The notes below the pieces were generated by a model, which worked only from the letters and a program-made list of their open reading frames with translations, did not search any database and was not told where the DNA came from. The position numbers and the translations under genes were made by a program. From positions 620,001 to 684,000 of the forward strand of contig OZ025789.1 of NCBI GenBank assembly GCA_964019425.1: a stretch of 64,000 nt of DNA, given 5' to 3'. Positions 12,276-23,226 of this stretch are shown here, one piece after another. Position 1 is the stretch's first letter. Every line of letters starts with the position of its first letter. Source of the stretch: Flectonema sp. DT1601 (taxonomy: Eukaryota).

Positions 12276-12515
12276 AATGTTCTATTTCGATGCTTCATTT
12301 GTACGTCACGTCGGTGTCCTTTTGTATTCTTGCTTCCACTTATTGCTATCTACTTTGTATTACCTAGCCTTGTGAGACAGTAATTTATGGCAACAAAGTT
12401 TGTGTGTCATAGTGAGCGGTCGTGTCAACTTAGTTATAAGAACCTCTTTGAAAAAAAAAAAAAAAAAATTCCAAAAAAGTAAGTAACTTCTTATTGTCCG
12501 ATGGACCGCAGTGTC

Positions 12516-12602
12516 TCTCTTACTTTCTTCGTTGAAGAAGGCTGGGTAAGAAGAATGGTCCGAAGAAAAAGATTTTTTTTTTAATTTTTTTAACCCGAAA
12601 CC
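12516..12602 (+). ncRNA. Decayed non-circularly permuted hammerhead ribozyme (family 2)
   Basis: TTTCTTCG-TTGAAGA...TGGTC-CGAAGAAA...GAAACC, homologous to 22391-22474; core C3 is changed to T and stem II is mismatched. Confidence 0.6.
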
Positions 12603-12825
12603 TAACTATTATTTGTTTGTTGTTCCCCCCTGCGAATTTTCAATTTGATTTTTTTTGATTGCTCTGATTAATGCTAACTAACCGTCCAATGAGATTAAGA
12701 AATCAATGAATGGTCCTTTTATTTTGATTTTTTTTATATTTTGATTTAGTGCATAAATCTTCTATATTGTAACTTAGTATCGTCACGAGTGACTTACTTG
12801 GGAATCTTTTTTAAAACGAGATGAA

Positions 12826-12857
<32 letters not shown>

Positions 12858-12920
12858 AAAAAAAAAAGGCTTTATCTTAAAACTATACAGAAAATAGTGA
12901 TGTAGCACTTCTTGATGTTT

Positions 12921-13028
12921 TTGTTTGTGTCACAAAAACCGTGAACCAACTCAAACTGATACAGCTAAAAGGAGGTTTACGCGTGCTGCTCAACATTATT
13001 TTTCGTTCTTACAAATACTTGTTAATTG
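12921..13028 (+). repeat. Dispersed ~105-bp repeat, copy 1 (copy 2 at 39868-39970)
   Basis: Shared blocks AAACCGTGAACC, AAACTGATA, AAAGGAGGTTTACG, CAACATT, TTTTCGTTCTTACAA, TACTTGTTAA. Confidence 0.85.
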
Positions 13029-13030
13029 AC

Positions 13031-13062
<32 letters not shown>

Positions 13063-13881
13063 CTTTTTATTGCCTATTTATTTTTACTCCGTTACCAGCC
13101 GAGGGTATACGTTCCGTTATATCTGCTTCCCGCTGTTTTTTTTTTTTTTTTTTGTTGTTCCTGAAGGTTTTCCTGAAGCTTTCCACCCATAATTCTGTTT
13201 AGCATTAGCAATCTCTGACACTGCGCGACGTCACAAAAGCAGTGAAATCCCTTCGCTGAACTCGAGTGTGATTTTTTTTTTTACTTTTTATAAAAGTAAA
13301 GGCACACTGCGAACTACGTCCACCGGCCTTTCTTGGGGTAAATGTATTTTTTTTTCCCCCCCCCAGATTATTGTTGTGGAAAAAAAAAAGGAAAAAAAAA
13401 AAAAAAAAAGAAAGACAGAAACATTTGATAAGCCATGTATTTAGTCAATTGTTTTGTTTTTGCGAACTGGAAAATGAATCCTGACACACGCGTGGGTCAT
13501 TAATCTACTTATGTGCTGTTAGTAGTAGTAAGCAGTCTTAACACTTGGCGTTGTAAAACAACAACAACAATAATTCACGTACTGTTCTTCTCCTTCATAA
13601 GAGAAGGTGTTTTTCTCAAAAAATTTATGTCTCTTTACGATTATTCTATTTTTTTCAATAGGCCAGCGAGAACACTTTGGGTAAAGCAAAAACGACGAAT
13701 TGTTTTCAAGTTGCGGTATCCATTCCAACCTTTGTTAATAATGATTGCTGGGTTTACTAAAATCAAAATAATCTTTTTATTTTAAAATTCTCACAGTTGG
13801 AGCTGAGATTTAAAATATAGCCAAAAAAAAAAAAATAAATAAATAAATAAAACGCAAAAAAGGAATAAAACCAAAAAAAAC

Positions 13882-15240
13882 ATGGACCAATTCAACATTT
13901 CTGATCTGTCATTTGAACATCGCAATTTCGGAGAAACGTTCAGCAACCAGGCAGTTCTTGGAGCACTTAGTAGCTTACAACAAAAAATAAAAAGATTAGA
14001 GCAAGAACGAGACTACTACATGGATTCCGCACAGAAAGCAAGACAACATTTGGAAGCATTTAAGGCAGAGAGTGAAACTCTGAGAGAACAAGAGAGGAGG
14101 CAGATTGAAGAAAAAGAACGACAGCGGGCGGATGACTTTCGAAAACTAAAAGAGGACAGACCAAGAATCCAAATGGAGCTACACCACGTTCATGATAAAG
14201 CTTTACACACTGAGAGACTACTAGAGGCTGAACGAAAAGGATTTCAAAATAGACTTCTGGACGTTGAAAGAGAACGAGACTCTCTCCGCGATGAGGTATT
14301 GGAGTATAAAACTCGTTACACTGGTCTTGAGGTTCAGTGTAGTGCTGAAACTCGTCTAAATCGAGAATCAATTGAAGGAAACGAACGTCACAAACAAAAC
14401 ATTTCTGAATTTATTAACCTGAATGAAGCTCTGTTTTTAAAAGTTCAAGACCTTTCTGATAAACTTGACAGAGTCTCTGCGAAGAAACGAACTACGAGAT
14501 CAAACAGTAAGAAGCGATCCCACTCCTCAGGTTTGTACTTTATGTGTTTATGTGTCATTCTAGTAAGGGATTCTAAGATAATAAAATAATACAACTCAGG
14601 TCATGATGTTCACACCATCAGTAGTCGTAATCGAAAAGCCAGTCCGAAGAGATCTTCGACAGCTCTCATTTCTGGTGATAATATTCATGAAAAATTAAAG
14701 AAAATTAATCAAGGGGAAATCCCATTCGTACCTGCAGGAAAAGCAAGTCATGGAGATAGCTTTAATCAAATGGCCCGGGTACAAAATGGGTTAGATATCA
14801 GCTTAAGGGTTTGTTATAACTTCCTCTGTCGAAAAAAAAAAAAAAAAAAAAAAAAAAACCTACAGCCTGCAGAACAAAAGCATCCTGTCATAGTCCACAA
14901 GAAAACAATTCAGAAAGACCAGCATCCTCAGGGTATTGAAGAAGTATACGGAAGATTCGCAGCTGAATACGACAGCATACACAAGAGATATGCTGACGAG
15001 CTTGAAAAAATGCGATGCACAGGAGAAGTTGATCCGGCTGCGATAAAAAGAATGGGAGTCTTATCAGACGAATTAGTTCGCAAAGGTGAAGACATTAAGG
15101 TCCTTCGCGCTCATGAAACAAAAGTTCATGAACAACTCCAAGAAGCAATCAGACCAGCCTTAGTACGAGGTTTAGATAAGAGAACAAAGACACTTGAGCT
15201 GTTTGAAGAAATGAAGAGAGTCCACGCTTTGATTAGTTAG
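13882..15240 (+). CDS. CEP57/translokin-like coiled-coil protein; introns 14531-14599, 14809-14865
   Basis: SNQAVLGALSSLQQKIKRLEQER resembles the Cep57 centrosome-localisation domain; long coiled coil; IPFVPAGK motif in exon 2; GT-AG introns restore the frame. Confidence 0.65.
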
Positions 15241-16045
15241 TAATTAGTTTTTATTTTTAATTGTAGCATAAAGAATCAAAGAAGGAAGAAAAAAAAAAAA
15301 ATGAATATTTGAAGAATAAGAAAAACTCCCCCTGTACTTTATACGTTGTTAGACTTTGCAAAATGCCACTCATACCATTAGGCTTCTCATTTTTTTTTTT
15401 TTCGTTCTTTTTTTTTTTTTCTTTTCACGTTAGAACTCAACTATAGTAGATTTGTTAAAAAAAAAGTCCTCCACAGTATTATTAGTTAGTGGGTGTATGA
15501 GAGGGGGAAAAAAAAAAAAAAAAAAAAAAAAGTTTGGAAAAAAAAAAATTTTTTTTTTTTAATCATCTAAAACAAAACTCTCTTCAGCAGATAAAGAGCA
15601 GCCGTAAATGTCGTACAGGGTGGCAATATTATTTTTATGTTTTTTTTTTGTACGAAAATTAGTAAAATTCATATAGTTGAGTCAGGGACACTTACACAGG
15701 AAATGAGACCAGTAGGTTCAACCGAAAGCTATTTCTATATAGAAGCGAACGCATCGCCATATACAGCACGGCAGGTCTGTAACGTCCTCCTCGTTGAATA
15801 GGGAATCGTTTCCAGTGACTGGTGTTGAGAAAAAAAAAAAAAAAAAAAAAAAACACAGTGTTCACAGCTAGAGATGTATCAAAGCGACGTAGATTACTAT
15901 ACAAAAGTAAAAGGATATAAAAAAGGTACCTGCGCAGAACACAAATTCGGTCGAAACACTGGTGGTCCAAATGCTCAAAAATCCTACTGGCTACAATAAT
16001 TCAAACATAATATAAGAAAAACCACACATGCTATTGAGATGCAGC

Positions 16046-16080
<35 letters not shown>

Positions 16081-16169
16081 CACAAAAATGTTGCAAATAA
16101 AAGATACATCTCTTCTCTTTATGATACAGAAAAAACTGCAATAACGATGTGTCATGGCGTTAGATTGAG

Positions 16170-18947
16170 GTGTTTTTTTTTCCCCCCGAGAAGTGGATTG
16201 CTTATTTAATTATTCTTATGATCAGCTTAGTTTTATTAATGTCGTCTGGTGGTCGAGTATCGTCTCCGACTAAATTATATGAAAAAAGTCTTGGGATCCT
16301 TAAGGAATTCTATTCTGATGCAATTCAAGATCCCAATCAACAAACTGTATCAGATTGTAATAAGGGAAAGAAAAAATTCAAAGTAAAAAAAACTAATTTA
16401 ATGAAACATAATTGGTGGGCTAATTGCAGTGAGGTGATAAGTACCGAGGGATCACCTACCTCTCAAATTCAATCACCAGGTGTTGAAAGTGAAATGTCAA
16501 TTCCCCAACACAAAATAGTAAAATCAACCACCACTACAAAACCTCATTTTATACCACCACTACTAAAGAAGGAAAATTGTAGTAATTCGTTTGATCGATT
16601 TGGTAGTTCACTTGAATCGATCATTTCTGAAATTCAATTATCAGTTCTTGCTGATAAATGGGAAACACTCACAGAGTGGATAGACAAATATCACATTAAT
16701 CATTATACTCAAGAGGTGCTTGCTAATATTAGGACATTATCAAAATCTGTGACCACGTATTCCTCAACTACTCCGACAGTTATAGGTACCAGTAGAACTT
16801 GTTTAACTCTTCATCAGATGCTATTGTTGTTACAAAAAAGTCATCCTTCTCTAAGTAATGAAATAAAACAAACTCATTCTGATATAATGAAATCTGTTTT
16901 CGTTAATTGGGCTGGTGAAGATAATATATGCAACAGAGATGAATGGGATTCACTCATATTGTTACCAACTGCGACGAATATCGAAAAACTGCTCGATTCG
17001 TTTCGAAAAAAGACGTATTTCACTCTTTTAACGGAAGAGCTCCACAGCAGACAAAAAAATCTTTCCGACATTCAGCTAGCTGAGATGAAAAGAGTAAAGG
17101 GTATCAAAGCAGTAGACAGATGTGTGAGATTTTGGCAACAACAACTCGTAAAAAGATTGCTTTTCGCATGGAAATTAGTAGTTAAAGATAGAAAAAAAGA
17201 AGATGAGTTGGGATTAACAAGACAACGTGCTTCAAAACTTCAAGGCAATATTGGTGAACTGGAAAGTGCTATTGCTGACAATGAAAAACGTCACAAGGAT
17301 GAAGTTATTTATTTGAAAAGAAAAATTCAAAAGTTAGAACAAGAACTCTATCAGTCAGAAGAGGACAATAAACTTTTATCAATGGCTATAAGAGAACAGA
17401 AGACGATAAGCAAACAGACCCACTCAAGGGAAGTGAGTCTTCTTCAACACAAAGCTTCTGTCGATGCTGTCCTCAGTGAAGTTGATAGTTTTTTAGATTC
17501 TGATCTTTTTGGTATAATACCTTGTAAAATATCTCAATCAAAATGGAATCGCTATGACGCATTTAAAACTTTGAGTGACACTGGTGGGGTCACGTCATCC
17601 ATTTTAAGATTTTTTAACATTGCAATTTCTCGAATTAGAGAAAGACAAGAACAGGCAGATGTGTCTGAGAAAACAACCCGACTGGACTTAGCACACTCAC
17701 CCCTGACTGACCTTCGTAATATCCCTAAGTTGCTTGATGCGTATATCGCTGCGTATCATTATGTCAATTCTAACTTGGTGTCTGTTCAGGAATTACAAGA
17801 AGTTATCAATGAACCTCTTGCGAATAGAAAAGCTGAATTATTTCTCAGATACTCAAACAGGTTCGGGATGTCATTTCCGTGTTCATCACGTGAATTAGTG
17901 AGTTCAGCAAAACTTCACCAATCGATCATGTGTTCGATAATTCAGTACTTGGCTTCACCGTTTTCCAGCTTACTGAACCTCGCTGATACCTGCAAACTAG
18001 TAGACTCAAACAGCGCATCAACATGCCCTCTAGTCAACAGCTATAGACAAAGACTTATAAAATGCAGTAGGGAGGTTCGCGAAGCTGACAGAGCTTTACG
18101 AACATTCGCAATGCAACAAGTCAAAATCGCTGGTAGTAGCGATCAACAAAATTTTAAAAAGCAAGGACCAGCATTTGTGTATCCAACAGACGTTGAATTA
18201 GTTTCGTTTGGAGTCCAACTCGGTGAAGATAAAAACAAAGCTATAAAGCTGATGGAAGATAATTGGCAAGTTCTAACCCGAGTCTTTTTTTACTACCGAA
18301 ACGAAAACCATGAAATCGGTTCTGAAGAACTGAAGCTACTCCTCAGAGATTCCCGAATTTCAAAAGTAATGGGAAAAGCATCCGCTCGATCATTGATATC
18401 GTTGGTGAAGGAAAACTTAACGGTCCACACGTTCTCAATATTTATTCTCAAAATCGCTACCAGCGAGTATCGAACTGCGGCTGGTATGACTACTGAACCA
18501 ACGTCATCCGTAGTAGAGAAGATTATAAAAGACCATATATCCGTTTATTGTACTTGGTATGATGTAGAACCGTTCCGCGCAGCAGTAGGAACACCTCAAG
18601 TGTATGACGTAATGAATAGTGAATTTTCAGGTACTTTGAAATCCGCATTTAAATCATTTGCGAGTCGTACGAAAGGAATTCACACGATGAATCGTGAGGG
18701 TTGGTTGCAATTTATTAGTTCTTATGAACTGCTTGATGAGAATAGTAATCTCACGGGGGTGGCTGTCGATCTAATACCGATTCTTGCTGGTGATCCCAAT
18801 ACTGGTATTCTTTCCTTTCAACAATTCCAAGAAGCAATTTGCTGCTTAGCTGCATACAGAACTCCGTGTCCTTATCAACCACTTCAATGTAGTGTCAGAG
18901 CTTTTATAGAAACAAAAATAAAACAAAAACCTGTGACGGCTTCGTAG
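16170..18947 (+). CDS. Large hypothetical protein with central coiled coil and possible C-terminal EF-hand-like helical repeats
   Basis: 925-codon ORF; heptad region around LQGNIGELESAIADNEKRHKDEV; the true start is probably a downstream ATG. Confidence 0.7.
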   Translation: MFFFPPEKWIAYLIILMISLVLLMSSGGRVSSPTKLYEKSLGILKEFYSDAIQDPNQQTVSDCNKGKKKFKVKKTNLMKHNWWANCSEVISTEGSPTSQIQSPGVESEMSIPQHKIVKSTTTTKPHFIPPLLKKENCSNSFDRFGSSLESIISEIQLSVLADKWETLTEWIDKYHINHYTQEVLANIRTLSKSVTTYSSTTPTVIGTSRTCLTLHQMLLLLQKSHPSLSNEIKQTHSDIMKSVFVNWAGEDNICNRDEWDSLILLPTATNIEKLLDSFRKKTYFTLLTEELHSRQKNLSDIQLAEMKRVKGIKAVDRCVRFWQQQLVKRLLFAWKLVVKDRKKEDELGLTRQRASKLQGNIGELESAIADNEKRHKDEVIYLKRKIQKLEQELYQSEEDNKLLSMAIREQKTISKQTHSREVSLLQHKASVDAVLSEVDSFLDSDLFGIIPCKISQSKWNRYDAFKTLSDTGGVTSSILRFFNIAISRIRERQEQADVSEKTTRLDLAHSPLTDLRNIPKLLDAYIAAYHYVNSNLVSVQELQEVINEPLANRKAELFLRYSNRFGMSFPCSSRELVSSAKLHQSIMCSIIQYLASPFSSLLNLADTCKLVDSNSASTCPLVNSYRQRLIKCSREVREADRALRTFAMQQVKIAGSSDQQNFKKQGPAFVYPTDVELVSFGVQLGEDKNKAIKLMEDNWQVLTRVFFYYRNENHEIGSEELKLLLRDSRISKVMGKASARSLISLVKENLTVHTFSIFILKIATSEYRTAAGMTTEPTSSVVEKIIKDHISVYCTWYDVEPFRAAVGTPQVYDVMNSEFSGTLKSAFKSFASRTKGIHTMNREGWLQFISSYELLDENSNLTGVAVDLIPILAGDPNTGILSFQQFQEAICCLAAYRTPCPYQPLQCSVRAFIETKIKQKPVTAS

Positions 18948-19435
18948 ATCACTTTTTTTTTCCACAATTTTCTTTCTAAGTTTTCTTTTTTTTGCACCGA
19001 CGAAGTCGGAGAAGTGCCGTCAGTAATACTGTCTGCGATCAACGAAATATATAAAGACGGTATTTATCTGAATGGTTTAGTTACCATTACTGTATTGTTT
19101 TATTAATCTCTTTGAGATGCATTCTTAGCGACTTTGATAGCTTGTTTAACAACAACGCCTTTTCGTCCTAAAGTTGTATTTCTTTTACTTGAATTTATTC
19201 AAATGCTGCGATGCTATCTCGTAGCAGTCTGGGGGCTTTCTAGTAGCGTTTTTGTTGTGTTTTTTTTAAGGTCAAAACAACTTATTCATGTTTTATAACA
19301 TGACCGCTCCTTAGTTGTTCACATGACTTCACTAACTAACTAACATGAGTTGTGATACTAACATGAGTTGTGTATTAGGTTCTCTTTGTGTTTGTTATAA
19401 ATATTATTCAAACAGTGTGGGGGAGGTAATTTAAT

Positions 19436-20551
19436 ATGGTCGTCACACCTTATCAAATTCAAGAGAGGAATATGATGGCAGTCACTGGGTCAGGTCCAGA
19501 GTATTGGTTAGTGGATGCCAGAAAGACGATAACGGCTTCGACAGTAAAGGTACTTCCGTCTGAGCCACAGCAAGAAACTGTTGAAAATGAGAAGTCGGTT
19601 GCGACGACAGAACGAGAAGGAAAATTCACGAATTGGACAACGCGATCTTATAAAGTTGGTGACGGAGAAAGTGAACCTGGAGTATGGGGACAAAGTGAGT
19701 GTGACATGGGAAGAGATGGTGTCAGTCAATGCAACGTCCGAATCCGACCCGAAGTCGAACTTAGTGAAGAGATCTGGTCAATCTCTCACATGGCAATGCT
19801 ACTTAGTTTTTGGGTGATAGTATTCATACTCGGTGTTTGGGAATTTACTATTTGGTACGCTCACAGAAATGACACTACCACTGATGAGTCCTGTGATAGA
19901 TTACTAATTTATTATTTAATCAGTTCCATTTCTGGTTTATTAATATTTCCTTTCGTAATGTTTATAACGATATCATCAATGCATGAATTAGATAAACGAA
20001 GACTTCAAAAGATGGCAGGAATATCTGTTCCCAACTTTACTAGACACTCAGTCTTAATGTCAACGTGGCTTAGTTGGGGACGAGTAAAGCTATTTGTGAC
20101 TTGTTTAGTATTTGTTGGATCTACTCTCGAGTATTTTTGGGTCATATCTGGAGTCATGTTTATTGCTACTGGATCTGACTGTGGTACAGCATACGAACAA
20201 GGTGTTTATTTATACTTTATCTTATCTGGGTTGATTATTTTATTTGCATTGACCATTCCGCTGTTAGCAACTTATTTCATTACCCACAAATCAACTAATG
20301 ATGTTGGTTCTTTGAAGCAAAGTTATGATCGATCGTTTCACTCTGCATCACCTTCTTACTATGATGAACGTCCTCAGTCTCCTAAACCATCTGCGTTAGC
20401 TGCTCTTAAAGCATTAAAGCATGGGCATTCTCCATCAAATACTGAGGGTGATACAAAACATGGTAGTAATCATCACACTGCTCGTGCTGAAGGTCATCCA
20501 AAACATAAACATGGTCGTGTACATGCATCTAAATCGAGTTCCCATATATAG
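19436..20551 (+). CDS. Hypothetical four-pass membrane protein with His-rich tail
   Basis: 371-codon ORF after an AAACAG motif; four hydrophobic segments. Confidence 0.75.
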   Translation: MVVTPYQIQERNMMAVTGSGPEYWLVDARKTITASTVKVLPSEPQQETVENEKSVATTEREGKFTNWTTRSYKVGDGESEPGVWGQSECDMGRDGVSQCNVRIRPEVELSEEIWSISHMAMLLSFWVIVFILGVWEFTIWYAHRNDTTTDESCDRLLIYYLISSISGLLIFPFVMFITISSMHELDKRRLQKMAGISVPNFTRHSVLMSTWLSWGRVKLFVTCLVFVGSTLEYFWVISGVMFIATGSDCGTAYEQGVYLYFILSGLIILFALTIPLLATYFITHKSTNDVGSLKQSYDRSFHSASPSYYDERPQSPKPSALAALKALKHGHSPSNTEGDTKHGSNHHTARAEGHPKHKHGRVHASKSSSHI

Positions 20552-20573
20552 TAACGATTATCTTTTTTTTTAA

Positions 20574-20606
<33 letters not shown>

Positions 20607-20773
20607 GATTTTCGTTTATTATTAATAATATTTTATTTATGCAGTTTGTATTTTATTGTACCTTTCTTATCTCTGGCCTTTAATTGTATCGTACGAAGTA
20701 CGAGTGTGTACTGTATTTAGTTATTCAACAACATCTAATTCATTCACACAGAGCTCATTTTTGATATTTTGAT

Positions 20774-21817
20774 ATGGATCCAGATAACTTCATCAAAGCC
20801 GTTGATCAAGATTTGTTATGTCCAATTTGTTTTCAAGTTGTACTTCGACCGTTTTCTTGTAGAGAAGGTCATATCTTCTGTGAGAGTTGTATCTTGAAGG
20901 CTTTAAAAGAAAGGAAGGAATGTCCAATAGATAGAAGCCTACTTGAAAAAGAAGAACTTACAAGGGTTTTATCTGTTGAGAAGCTCATTGGAAAAATGAA
21001 GATGCGCTGCCTTAACAATGATGGAAATGACACACCTCAACAACAATGGATTAAGAAACTTAAAGTATGCAAGAAATCAGGTGCAAAGCGTTTGATATGG
21101 AAGAAAACTAAAATGACGGAAAAAGCTCAAAAAAGATGTGATTGGTCTGGGACTGTAAATGAACTGCAAGCTCACGAGGAAAGCTGTCCATTGAAAATGA
21201 TACCATGCCCGTACTCTGTACATGGATGTTTGGTAGACAACATGCAACGACAATATCTGGACCGTCATCTTCGCATGTCAGCTGTGCAACACGCGGCTTA
21301 TGCAGCTTCTCATTCAAGTGATGTTTTAAAACAGATTGCGAAGCTTCAAGTGGAAACGGTAGAACTTCGAAGGGTAGTCAGCGACTTTCAGTCAACTCAC
21401 TCAATCATGGCGCCTTCTGTTTGTTGGAAGATAGAATCTTCAACTTTGTCATGTAACAAAACAAAAATATTTGAAAGTAAAACTTTTGAAATTGGACACA
21501 CGTCATGTTCTTACGAGTTGTCTCTCCAATTAAGACAAGAAAATGGACAAATATCCGTCGGCATCATGTGCGACGAAGCATCGGAATATGGTCACTACCC
21601 CGTTAGTCTTGTTGGATCAAAAATTACAATTTGCGGTGCTCGTGATGACGTCGAAGATTATGTTGTAGAACTGGATGAAGACTTCTCCTGCGAATCCGGC
21701 TTCACTACTGAAGTTGAAGTTATGACTATGACAAAATTTGCAAATGACTTCATTTCTTTAGGATCTTCTACGTTGAGAGCTGCATTTTGCGTGGAAGCTA
21801 AAAGTATTGAAATTTAG
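20774..21817 (+). CDS. RING finger + TRAF-type zinc finger protein (TRAF-like E3 ligase), possible MATH-like C-terminus
   Basis: CPICFQV...CREGHIFCESCI...CPID RING; CDWSG...HEESCP...CPYSVHGC...H zinc fingers; short coiled coil. Confidence 0.85.
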   Translation: MDPDNFIKAVDQDLLCPICFQVVLRPFSCREGHIFCESCILKALKERKECPIDRSLLEKEELTRVLSVEKLIGKMKMRCLNNDGNDTPQQQWIKKLKVCKKSGAKRLIWKKTKMTEKAQKRCDWSGTVNELQAHEESCPLKMIPCPYSVHGCLVDNMQRQYLDRHLRMSAVQHAAYAASHSSDVLKQIAKLQVETVELRRVVSDFQSTHSIMAPSVCWKIESSTLSCNKTKIFESKTFEIGHTSCSYELSLQLRQENGQISVGIMCDEASEYGHYPVSLVGSKITICGARDDVEDYVVELDEDFSCESGFTTEVEVMTMTKFANDFISLGSSTLRAAFCVEAKSIEI

Positions 21818-22110
21818 GTCGTCAAAAAAAGTCAGTTTTTTTTTTTTGTAAATTAGTTCTTGTTGTATTATTCCTACTAATCGTTTCATTATGAAAACGA
21901 TATTTATACACCAGATCTTTCAATTCGATGTATCAAGTTTTCGCAGTTTTTTTTTTTTTTTTTTTAAATATATTTCCAAAACCTCTACCACCATTTTATG
22001 AGGAAGGTTATGCTTCACTAAATAAGACCTACCTTACTGTTTTTTTTTTTTTTTTAAAAAAACAACGAATGGGAGTCCTGTTTAGCCGCGCATGAAAAGT
22101 ACTCCTCACA

Positions 22111-22235
22111 ATCCCCTGGGATTAGGTTCTTCCTTCTGCAGCAGTATTGTGGACCCTCAGAAGAGTCACCCGGTACTCTTTGAGTGTCTACCTAACAGAT
22201 ACTCGGTGGTCTGACGGACTTGCTAACTAACTAAC
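22111..22235 (+). repeat. Structured dispersed repeat, copy A, ending in (TAAC)n
   Basis: Shares GGGATTAGGTTC, AGTATTG, GTGTCTA-CTAAC, TACTCG-TGGT and GCTAACTAAC with 22762-22887. Confidence 0.75.
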
Positions 22236-22320
22236 AATTCCTACGCTTTTTTGATTGACTGATAATTATTAGTACTAACTAACAATTCATTAATTCAGTT
22301 TTTCTTTTTTTTCCCCCCCC

Positions 22321-22380
22321 TTTCTTTTTTTATATTTTAATTTCGTGCACACTTTTTTATAATAAACTCATATTCTAACT
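22321..22380 (+). repeat. 3' fragment of the retroelement terminal repeat
   Basis: TTTCTTTTTTTATATTTTA...GTGCAC...TTTTTTATAATAAACTCATATTCTAACT matches 51826-51882. Confidence 0.85.
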
Positions 22381-22390
22381 AACAATTCAT

Positions 22391-22474
22391 TTCCCTTTGC
22401 TTTCTTCGCTGAAGAGGGCTGTAAGGGGGAATGGTCCGAAGAAAAAGATTGTTTTTAATCTTAGCCCGAAACCA
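22391..22474 (+). ncRNA. Predicted hammerhead ribozyme, non-circularly permuted (family 2), cleavage predicted after C22436 (GUC)
   Basis: Core CTGAAGA 22409-15 and GAAA 22468-71. Stem I 22401-08/22437-44 (8 bp), stem II 22416-20/22463-67, stem III 22432-35/22471-74, extra helix 22391-98/22424-31. Confidence 0.75.
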
Positions 22475-22761
22475 ACTTGTTCGTGTTGTCTTACGAAATT
22501 TTGCCTTTTTTTTTTTTTTTTTGATTGACTGATAACAACTCATTAAATTAATTTTTTTTTCTTTTTTTTTTTCTCCCTTTTCCTCACTTGAAATGATTTT
22601 GTTGTCGTTATTCATAAGTATTGATGTCACAAAAAAAGTATGAAAGTTAAACAACCTTTCGTGCAATTTACACATTTCTATCGCCAAAAAAAATCTTGGG
22701 TCTGTCTAAAAAAACTGATAAATCAGTAACATTAGATTTCCTCGCTTACGCTAAAAAAGTG

Positions 22762-22887
22762 ATCCTCTCAGGGATTAGGTTCGACATAAAGTCGTAGTAT
22801 TGGGGACTCACGGGTGGTTAACCGTTCCACCCTGTTGTGTCTATCTAACCAGTACTCGATGGTATGTCGGGCTAGCTAACTAACTAA
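22762..22887 (+). repeat. Structured dispersed repeat, copy B, ending in (TAAC)n
   Basis: Same conserved blocks as 22111-22235, with a different but still paired central hairpin (GGGTGG/CCACCC). Confidence 0.75.
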
Positions 22888-23030
22888 AATGATACTAACT
22901 AAAACGACAAACTGAACACTTAATATTCTTAATAGATTTGTTTACTATCATTTGTACCATCTTATTATAGTGTCGAAGTATTGGGACATCCTCATGTGTC
23001 TATGTCAGTACATCGGACCCGCTAGCTAAC

Positions 23031-23078
23031 TTATTTTTAGTGCACTTGTTTTTTTTATAATAAATTCATATTCTAACT
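23031..23078 (+). repeat. 3' fragment of the retroelement terminal repeat
   Basis: TTATTTTTAGTGCACTT...TTTATAATAAATTCATATTCTAACT matches the repeat end. Confidence 0.8.
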
Positions 23079-23226
23079 TATTTTGATGTATATATTGCTT
23101 GTTTGGCGGTTACCCTAATCTTTCATTTCTTTCACTATAGGTTGATTTTTTTTTTCATTGTTTTTGGAAAGGTGATTTATTTTTAAATAGAATTTTTTAT
23201 CAGGGGTAACAAAAAAAAAAAACAAA

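Noticed and set aside
19331..19372. CTAACATGAGTTGTG tandem pair after (TAAC)3, considered as a repeat-spacer array
   Set aside because: Only two units with a 3-nt gap; simple local duplication. No CRISPR-like array was seen in the window.
22471..22498. Canonical type I fold using the GUC at 22488-90
   Set aside because: Needs a bulge in stem III and gives almost no stem I, versus 8 perfect pairs for the nested site.
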